Shown one piece after another: positions 1 through 4,857 of a stretch of 6,192 nt of DNA. This DNA comes from a virus (Duplodnaviria; Heunggongvirae; Uroviricota; Caudoviricetes). The position numbers and the translations under genes are program-made. The notes beneath the pieces were generated by a model, which worked only from the letters and a program-made list of their open reading frames with translations, was not told the origin of the DNA and did not search any database. The stretch's first letter is position 1, and every line of letters begins with the position of its first letter. The stretch lies in the IMG/VR virus record IMGVR_UViG_2563366944_000009, one strand, 5' to 3'.

Positions 1-66
1 TCAAAATCGGTGGAGCTGCATGACAAAGTCATCGGGCATTATCTGAACATAAAACACTATCAATAA
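1..66 (+). CDS. insB: IS1 transposase InsB, C-terminal fragment (5' end outside the window)
   Basis: In-frame translation of 1-63 gives SKSVELHDKVIGHYLNIKHYQ followed by TAA at 64-66, which is the recalled C-terminus of IS1 InsB. Confidence 0.8.
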   Translation, partial: SKSVELHDKVIGHYLNIKHYQ

Positions 67-81
67 GTTGGAGTCATTACC
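1..81 (+). mobile_element. Right-hand end of an IS1 insertion sequence (the element continues left of the window), ending in its terminal inverted repeat at about 59-81
   Basis: Bases 1-81 match the recalled 3' end of IS1, finishing ...CACTATCAATAAGTTGGAGTCATTACC, the complement of the GGTAATGACTCCAACTTATTGAT terminal repeat. The putative 9-bp target duplication would be 82-90 (ttatttgag) but cannot be verified without the other end. Confidence 0.85.
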
Positions 82-139
82 TTATTTGAGTTAGAGCAAA
101 TAAATTGTGATGAGAGCAATGGTATCAATCAGCTACTTG

Positions 140-157
140 ATGGATTTTAAAATCCAT
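140..157. repeat. Perfect 18-bp palindrome ATGGATTTTAAAATCCAT in the AT-rich cos-flanking DNA
   Basis: Read directly from the sequence; self-complementary about its centre. Its function is unknown; a protein-binding site in the packaging region is one possibility. Confidence 0.4.
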
Positions 158-184
158 ACCTATTTAATTCTTATACTGCGCGCA

Positions 185-203
185 GTGCTTTCCCCGCCTC
201 GCC
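185..203 (-). other. cos cohesive-end sequence of the P2/P4 family
   Basis: gtgctttccccgcctcgcc at 185-203 is the exact reverse complement of GGCGAGGCGGGGAAAGCAC, the 19-nt cohesive end I recall for P2, 186 and P4. It sits just downstream of psu, as in P4. Confidence 0.7.
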
Positions 204-234
204 CGCCCGCTTTGCGGGGCGGTTTTAATGCAGT
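196..234 (+). terminator. Candidate intrinsic terminator (GC-rich imperfect hairpin plus TTTT) overlapping cos
   Basis: cccgc-tttg-gcggg stem followed by gcgg and TTTT. Oriented for transcripts entering from the left across cos. Confidence 0.3.
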
Positions 235-304
235 TGTACTGACACGCTCAGACCGCGCCGGGAATGGCACGGTTTACAGAAAATGAGGCAGGAAAACGCA
301 TGCA

Positions 305-337
305 AAGCCATGCACCTTATCGATGCATGGCTTTTTT
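305..337 (+). terminator. Candidate rho-independent terminator
   Basis: 10-bp perfect stem aagccatgca (305-314) / tgcatggctt (324-333) with a 9-nt loop, then a T-run at 332-337. The stem is palindromic so it also folds on the minus strand, where the U-tract is poorer. Confidence 0.5.
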
Positions 338-366
338 CAGTAAAACGGGCGGATTTTCGGGGAGTT

Positions 367-939
367 TTACACAGACTGACGTGATGCCAGTTGCGCACTT
401 TTACGCGAAAAAATCATGTTCTGCGCAGGGGTGAATTTTTCACGGCTGTCATCCACCGAAGCCGCGTCAGGCCTGAATCCGATGGTCGTTAAAATGTCGC
501 TATCCTGTGCGGAATAATTAATTTTTTCCCCCTTCGCAAGCCAGGACAGGAGGGCTTCACGCAGGGCATCTGTGGCACGCTGTATGGCACAGTTTCGGGC
601 AATGGCCGTCAGCTCACTGTAGCCCATCAGCTCCGGTGCCAGTGCGGCCGCCAGTGCTGTGCCGTGCTGCTGCATAAAATCATTCAGCCGGTCGCGGATG
701 CTGATGTGCTGAACGGCTTCATGCGAACGAATATAACGACCGGCAGCCTGATTCACCTGCCATTTTCTGACTTCGATAATATTGCGTAATTCGTCCAGGC
801 GACTGACGTTTCTGCCTTCTCCTGACAGAAGCCGCAGATATTCCTGTTCGGCCGCAGCCAGCTCATTTTTGCGTTGCAGCCATGCTGCTTTGTTATTCTG
901 ACAGGTGTCAAAGGCCTGCTGTAAGGCTGTGCTTTCCAT
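367..939 (-). CDS. psu: Psu-like polarity suppression protein (capsid decoration / Rho antagonist of P4-type satellites), 190 aa
   Basis: Last gene of a minus-strand three-gene operon ending next to cos. The 190-aa length and position match P4 Psu. ATG at 939-937, TAA at 369-367. Confidence 0.75.
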   Translation of the reverse strand: MESTALQQAFDTCQNNKAAWLQRKNELAAAEQEYLRLLSGEGRNVSRLDELRNIIEVRKWQVNQAAGRYIRSHEAVQHISIRDRLNDFMQQHGTALAAALAPELMGYSELTAIARNCAIQRATDALREALLSWLAKGEKINYSAQDSDILTTIGFRPDAASVDDSREKFTPAQNMIFSRKSAQLASRQSV

Positions 940-1012
940 CGTTATCTCTTTCTCATCATGCTGAAGAATAAAAATACGGTGTGCGGCGACGGCCGGGGTT
1001 AACCGGCAGCCC

Positions 1013-1513
1013 TCATTCCAGACGCAGCGAATATGATTGTGTTTTTAACCGTACTGGCGGCAGTTCCTGTTTTTCATGCAGGCTTTCTGCCAGTTCGTCC
1101 GGCGTGACCGGGCGGACAATGAAGCGGTTGATGGTCTGAAGCGTTTTAAACACCAGACCACAGCCCGGCTCCGTGCACACATAAAAACGTTCGGTGACTT
1201 CCTGAGACAGACGCCGCGATGTTCTTGACAGTGCAAGGCCTTTACATCTCCGACAACAATATCCGGTAACAAGCATTCTTTTCGGGCGTTTCATACTGCC
1301 GGAGGCAGAAGTCAGTGAATCGCGGTATCTCTGTTTGCCTGAAATGTATTCCATTCCTGAATCTTTACAGTCAGAGAAAAAGCTTTCACTCGCTTCAAAT
1401 GTCGCAGAGCAATAAATATTCCGGCACTGTGCAATCATTATCTTGGTGCCATCGTCCATGAAATGTGCGCGACGGGTGTGAGCAACATGTCCACACGACG
1501 GGCAGTAAATCAT
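1013..1513 (-). CDS. delta: Delta-like late-gene transcriptional activator, a tandem duplication of the Ogr-type zinc finger, 166 aa
   Basis: Two C-X2-C-X22-C-X4-C motifs in the translation (CPSC...22...CRNIYC and CRRC...22...CTEPGC). Length 166 aa as in P4 Delta. The ATG at 1513-1511 overlaps the sid TGA (ATGA overlap). Confidence 0.85.
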   Translation of the reverse strand: MIYCPSCGHVAHTRRAHFMDDGTKIMIAQCRNIYCSATFEASESFFSDCKDSGMEYISGKQRYRDSLTSASGSMKRPKRMLVTGYCCRRCKGLALSRTSRRLSQEVTERFYVCTEPGCGLVFKTLQTINRFIVRPVTPDELAESLHEKQELPPVRLKTQSYSLRLE

Positions 1514-2244
1514 GACAGCAGTCCTCTGGCCTTAAGCTCTGCTCCCTGCTGGTCTATTTTGTCCTGCCACACCTTGCGCTGTGCCGGTGTGCCTGCCACC
1601 TCATAATCCATGTGCGGGAGTGTTGCCGCTGACAGTCCGGTCAGCCGGAGAACCGGCTCACCGCTGAGGCTGATTTGCATCTGTTTTATTTTCTGTTCCA
1701 GCGATGATTTCACCTGCTGCATGACAGCCTTTTCCGGTGCGATGTAGCCCTGATGGCCGGTGGTGTTGGCGAGCGGATTTTCCTGTACCAGGATGCTCAG
1801 ATGCATTGCCCGGACAAGCGCCTCACAGGTTTCATTCAGGGCGTGTTCCAGCTCATGCTCTGCATACAGACTCAGAAGGTGATGATGTGCCTTCCGGTAG
1901 GCGGTGGCCGTGCTGTCACACGCCCCTTTCAGGCGTTCGCGTTCAAAATTCAGCACCACGGCCAGATTGTCATATTCCTGTACCAGCTCCCGGCGTGCCA
2001 CGCGCTCAATGTGGCGCTGTTTCAGCTCATCGCTCAGGACACCACCGGCTGCACGAAAGGCCGTGCGCCAGTCGTCAGCGTCGTTTCCGTCGGCCTGCGC
2101 CAGCGCATTTTTTTCCTGCTCTGCCCGTTCAATGGCCGTGACGGTCTCATCCATCAGGCGGGCGTTCTCAAGATGGGCGGCTCTGGCCTTTTCCAGTTGT
2201 GCCAGCGCGGGTTGCAGATATTCAGGGATGGTGTTGTCAGACAT
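1510..2244 (-). CDS. sid: Sid-like capsid size-determination (external scaffold) protein, 244 aa from the preferred ATG
   Basis: First gene of the late operon, with a long predicted helical, charged sequence. The ATG at 2244-2242 has GAGG 9 nt upstream and gives 244 aa, the P4 Sid length. The track's GTG at 2262 has no Shine-Dalgarno sequence. Confidence 0.7.
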   Translation of the reverse strand: MSDNTIPEYLQPALAQLEKARAAHLENARLMDETVTAIERAEQEKNALAQADGNDADDWRTAFRAAGGVLSDELKQRHIERVARRELVQEYDNLAVVLNFERERLKGACDSTATAYRKAHHHLLSLYAEHELEHALNETCEALVRAMHLSILVQENPLANTTGHQGYIAPEKAVMQQVKSSLEQKIKQMQISLSGEPVLRLTGLSAATLPHMDYEVAGTPAQRKVWQDKIDQQGAELKARGLLS

Positions 2245-2316
2245 TTTCCGGTTCCTCGTCACTTCAGGTTAAGAAAATTGTGACGTACACCGGACAACAA
2301 CACGACGCATTGCAGA

Positions 2317-2334
2317 TGTGCCAGCCCTGACACA
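2317..2334. promoter_or_regulatory. TGT-N12-ACA dyad, candidate Delta/Ogr activator site of the leftward late promoter (Psid-like)
   Basis: TGTgccagccctgacACA read directly. Its centre lies about 80 bp upstream of the sid start codon, consistent with an activator site near -55 of a late promoter. Confidence 0.5.
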
Positions 2335-2414
2335 GGAGACTCATCCTCAGACCGGCAAGCCAGGAAAAGGTCGCAGGAAAAACCGGCTTACTGTTTGTTT
2401 TTTTTATATTTTAC

Positions 2415-2518
2415 TGTTCACCTCTGTTCACAATAAGAAAAAAGATAAGTAATACAGTAAGTTAAAGGGTGAACAATCGCAGTAATGACTGTTCACCGTC
2501 TGTTCACCACTGTTCACC
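2415..2518. repeat. Iteron array, six copies of TGTTCAC(C/A): candidate ori-type binding sites for the alpha replication protein
   Basis: Copies at 2415-2422, 2425-2432, 2468-2475 (inverted), 2490-2497, 2501-2508 and 2511-2518; the last three are spaced 10-11 bp apart. P4 ori and crr are known to carry TGTTCACC octamers bound by alpha. An AT-rich tract follows at about 2520-2620. Confidence 0.65.
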
Positions 2519-2676
2519 CGTTGATGGGCTTTTTGTGCTGTTTATTACTTTTTATTTTTATTAATTCACTGAAATAAATAAGAAAAAACAATTTGTATTT
2601 CACTATAATTTTTTCCAGCTCCTTCCAGAGCGTTTTAAAGCTATCTGGCGCTGATGTACAAAAAATGCACAGCCAT

Positions 2677-2694
2677 TGTAAGGCTGCCGGAACA
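2677..2694. promoter_or_regulatory. TGT-N12-ACA dyad, candidate Delta/Ogr site of the rightward late promoter (PLL-like) upstream of vis
   Basis: TGTaaggctgccggaACA read directly, centred about 110 bp upstream of the vis ATG. Confidence 0.45.
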
Positions 2695-2796
2695 AATCCC
2701 CCCTGTTGCGTCTGCCGAAAATATTCACAAAATAAAGCGCTACCCGAAGCCGGACGGACTTATCCGGTGCTGTATGGACATTAACGAGGTAGCCCG

Positions 2797-3063
2797 ATGC
2801 AAGCTGTTTTTTCTTCCCCGTCTCCCGCCCCTGTGACGCCACTGATGCCGCTGCCGGACATCACACAGGAGCGTTTTTTACGTCTTCCGGAAGTGATGCA
2901 CCTGTGCGGCCTGTCACGCTCGACCATCTACGAACTCATCCGTAAGGGGGAATTTCCGCCGCAGGTGAGTCTTGGCGGTAAAAATGTGGCCTGGCTGCAC
3001 TCTGAAGTCACCGCATGGATGGCCGGCCGCATTGCCGGACGCAAACGGGGGTACGACGCATGA
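2797..3063 (+). CDS. vis: AlpA/Vis-family small DNA-binding regulator and excision factor, 88 aa
   Basis: The translation contains the AlpA-type helix-turn-helix core ([50 protein letters not shown]). GAGG lies 7 nt before the ATG. The 88-aa length and first position after the divergent late promoter match P4 Vis. Confidence 0.85.
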   Translation: MQAVFSSPSPAPVTPLMPLPDITQERFLRLPEVMHLCGLSRSTIYELIRKGEFPPQVSLGGKNVAWLHSEVTAWMAGRIAGRKRGYDA

Positions 3064-3157
3064 TGATGCCTGTTCTGCAAAAAGTCCCTTTTTCTGGCTT
3101 GCCTTTTTCCGGCATTTGCGGATATAGTTTTTCCGCTGTCGCAAAATCGGCAGCCGG

Positions 3158-3183
3158 GCGTGGAAACCCGAGCAATCTAACGG
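3158..3183 (+). promoter_or_regulatory. Upstream copy of a candidate antisense-RNA target site (GCGTGGAAAC ... ATCTAACGG)
   Basis: Direct repeat of the element at 3410-3450. Both are approximately complementary to 3364-3385. Confidence 0.35.
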
Positions 3184-3191
3184 CGACATAT

Positions 3192-3213
3192 GACGCGCCA
3201 TGCGTCTTTTTTT
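3192..3213 (+). terminator. Weak hairpin plus T7 run, a possible attenuator just after the upstream target site
   Basis: gacgc-gccat-gcgtc followed by TTTTTTT at 3207-3213. The stem is only 5 bp. Confidence 0.25.
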
Positions 3214-3329
3214 GTGTCGCAATCAACGCCACAGAGCGCCAGATTATGGTGTGGTGTGTGGTCAGTCGAGCAGATGGAACTCCGTGCATCCTGCCCGCGT
3301 CCGCTCATTATGCCGCAGAGTCAATGGTA

Positions 3330-3400
3330 GCTCAGGCGGGGCAGCCTCCGGGCTGGCCGGTATCCGTTAGAGCCGGTATTTCCACCCCCGTCTGGGCTAT
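3330..3400 (+). ncRNA. Candidate c4/CI-type antisense immunity RNA; boundaries are approximate
   Basis: The core CCGTTAGA...TTTCCAC (3364-3385) is near-complementary to GTGGAAAC...ATCTAACGG, found both upstream (3158-3183) and overlapping the icd ribosome-binding site (3410-3450). This mirrors the P1 c4 and P4 CI arrangement. No protein-coding signal spans this 400-bp gap. Confidence 0.3.
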
Positions 3401-3409
3401 CGCCATCGA

Positions 3410-3450
3410 GCGTGGAAACTCCGGCGATAGCGTAACCTGCTATCTAACGG
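3410..3450 (+). promoter_or_regulatory. Downstream target-site copy overlapping the Shine-Dalgarno sequence of the Icd-like gene, lying in the loop and 3' arm of a 9-bp hairpin
   Basis: GCGTGGAAAC at 3410-3419 and ATCTAACGG at 3442-3450, running into GGAGG at 3449-3453. A stem gctatcgcc / ggcgatagc flanks the first motif. Confidence 0.4.
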
Positions 3451-3461
3451 AGGCTGCCATC

Positions 3462-3659
3462 ATGGCTACAACCCTTACCCCTTCACACCCTGAATTTGTC
3501 TTTGTGTTTGCGGCTGTCCGTCGCGCAGACCGTCATCCCCGTATCTGCATGCTTCGCACCGTCGCCGGTGATGAACGCAGTGCCCGCCGTTCCCTTGTCC
3601 GTGACTATGTGCTCTCCCTTGCTGCCCGTCTGCCGGTGGTGGAGGTGTCCCGTGCGTAA
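3462..3659 (+). CDS. Icd-like host cell-division inhibitor family protein, 65 aa
   Basis: GGAGG lies 8 nt upstream of the ATG. The translation [65 protein letters not shown] fits my recollection of the short Icd-like proteins found in P4-like prophages. The 214-aa track ORF 3015..3659 is an upstream extension through non-coding DNA. Confidence 0.7.
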   Translation: MATTLTPSHPEFVFVFAAVRRADRHPRICMLRTVAGDERSARRSLVRDYVLSLAARLPVVEVSRA

Positions 3660-3939
3660 TAAAAAAGCCCCTCAGACCGTCTCAGCGCGTCATGACGCCC
3701 GTGAACACCTCAGCATTGAGGCTTACCATAAGCTCAACCGCGCCAGCGCCGTATCCCAGTTTGTTGGGGGTGATTTGATTCACCGTGAACTCTCCGGCCT
3801 GCATCAGCTCTACATTCCGCATATTTTCAGCTACCTGAATGAAGATATTGATTTTGTGCTGAATGAGCTGAAAGCCAAAGGCCTGTGCCGCGATTTTCTC
3901 GCCCAGCAGAAAGACCGGGGAGACAAGACGCATGTTTGA
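3652..3939 (+). CDS. Small hypothetical protein, 95 aa, in the position and of about the size of the P4 epsilon anti-repressor; start is uncertain
   Basis: GTG at 3652 with GGAGG 6 nt upstream, overlapping the icd stop. The frame is open back to 3496, but that would overlap icd by 160 nt. No recognisable motif. Confidence 0.5.
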   Translation: MRNKKAPQTVSARHDAREHLSIEAYHKLNRASAVSQFVGGDLIHRELSGLHQLYIPHIFSYLNEDIDFVLNELKAKGLCRDFLAQQKDRGDKTHV

Positions 3940-4387
3940 TTTTCCCCAGCCCGGTGAGATTTACCGTTCTGCCGGTTTTCCCGATGTGGCCGTGGTCGGC
4001 ATTCTGGAAGACGGTATTCCGTGGGAAATGCCGTACCGCTGCCCGGACATTGTCTGGAACCCGTACCGCCGTAAATTCAGTATCCTTGTGCGTATCCTCG
4101 CTGACGGGCGCACCACAGACATCCCGCTGGGGCGTTTTCTGCGGGAATTTACCTGTGACCGTCCTGACCTGTTTAAACGCAGCCCCGTAAACCGGCATGC
4201 GGTACTGAAAGAAATGGCCGGAGACCCGGAATTACAGAAATGGCGGGAGAAATATCTGGATATTTACCCGCAGGCCCCTGTTCCGGTCAGCCGGGCGGCA
4301 CCGGTGGCGCGGGAATGGCGGGAAATTCCCCGCACGGAGCCTGACCCGGAAATCACCCCGGATAACAGTTACCGCAATTATCTGTAA
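3932..4387 (+). CDS. Hypothetical protein, 151 aa (same length as P4 orf151)
   Basis: Its ATG overlaps the preceding stop (ATGTTTGA), suggesting translational coupling. Codon usage is consistent with its neighbours. Function unknown. Confidence 0.6.
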   Translation: MFDFPQPGEIYRSAGFPDVAVVGILEDGIPWEMPYRCPDIVWNPYRRKFSILVRILADGRTTDIPLGRFLREFTCDRPDLFKRSPVNRHAVLKEMAGDPELQKWREKYLDIYPQAPVPVSRAAPVAREWREIPRTEPDPEITPDNSYRNYL

Positions 4388-4460
4388 TTAAAAAACGACA
4401 CCCGAAAAATTAAATGTGCGTATTCGCGCAGGGATACGCACGTCTTCAGGAGACGCAGAT

Positions 4461-4526
4461 ATGCCTTATCAGTTAATGCAACCGGCACGGAATGCAGTCA
4501 TCTGTCACAGGGAGGAAAACAAATGA
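4461..4526 (+). CDS. Possible 21-codon upstream ORF ([21 protein letters not shown]) coupled to the next gene
   Basis: AGGAG lies 8 nt before the ATG at 4461, and the TGA at 4524-4526 overlaps the ATG at 4523 (ATGA). Too short to assert as a gene. Confidence 0.25.
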
Positions 4527-4843
4527 AAACACCCTTACCGCCCGTCTTACGTGCTGCCCTTTACCGTCGCGCTGTCGCCTGTGCCTGGCTGACCGTGTGC
4601 GAACGTCAGCACCGCTACCCGCATCTCACCCTTGAGTCACTGGAGGCGGCCATCGCCGCTGAGCTGGAAGGCTTTTATCTGCGCCAGCACGGTGAGGAAA
4701 AAGGGCGTCAGATAGCCTGTGCCCTGCTGGAAGATTTAATGGAATCCGGCCCCCTGAAGGCCGCGCCGTCGCTGTCCTTTCTCGGGCTGGTTGTGATGGA
4801 TGAACTCTGTGCCCGTCACATAAAAGCGCCGGTACTGCACTGA
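4523..4843 (+). CDS. Hypothetical protein, 106 aa, immediately upstream of the primase
   Basis: GGGAGG lies 8 nt before the ATG. The stop TGA overlaps the primase ribosome-binding site AAGGAG. Function unknown. Confidence 0.6.
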
Positions 4844-4857
4844 AGGAGAACAACACC

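Noticed and set aside
1-81. Initial reading of the first 81 bp as a P4-type att site or integrase leader next to a tRNA
   Set aside because: The sequence continues exactly as the IS1 terminus, with the InsB C-terminal peptide and the terminal inverted repeat, and no integrase start follows.
1045-1272. 75-aa minus-strand ORF
   Set aside because: Lies entirely inside delta in another frame on the same strand; delta carries the conserved zinc-finger motifs and the overlapping frame has no start signal.
1737-2283. Three plus-strand ORFs of 134, 176 and 122 aa (1737..2141, 1753..2283, 1904..2272)
   Set aside because: All are antisense to sid with low-complexity Arg/Ser/Ala-rich translations typical of shadow frames in GC-rich coding DNA, and none has a ribosome-binding site.
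2380-2620. CRISPR array or defence-related repeat as an explanation for the TGTTCAC repeats
   Set aside because: The units are only 8 bp, irregularly spaced, one is inverted, and there are no spacers of uniform length; iterons of a replication origin fit better.
2593-2842. Short ORFs in the vis-upstream region (2593..2784 +, 2654..2836 +, 2603..2842 -)
   Set aside because: They sit in the AT-rich ori and promoter region, overlap each other and the vis start, and lack ribosome-binding sites; the region is better explained as regulatory DNA.
2914-3289. Minus-strand ORFs of 102 and 93 aa
   Set aside because: Antisense to vis and to the immunity RNA region, with no start signals and basic low-complexity translations.
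3496-3651. Longer 147-aa version of the 95-aa ORF starting at ATG 3496
   Set aside because: It would overlap icd by about 160 nt in another frame; the GTG at 3652 with GGAGG 6 nt upstream is the more plausible start. This remains uncertain.
3015-3659. 214-aa plus-strand ORF spanning from inside vis to the icd stop
   Set aside because: Only the last 65 codons have a ribosome-binding site and a recognisable product; the upstream part overlaps vis and runs through the repeat-rich region interpreted as RNA.
3682-4198. ORFs 3682..3933 (-), 3827..4198 (-) and 3885..4190 (+)
   Set aside because: They overlap the two tightly coupled plus-strand genes in other frames or on the opposite strand and have no translation signals.
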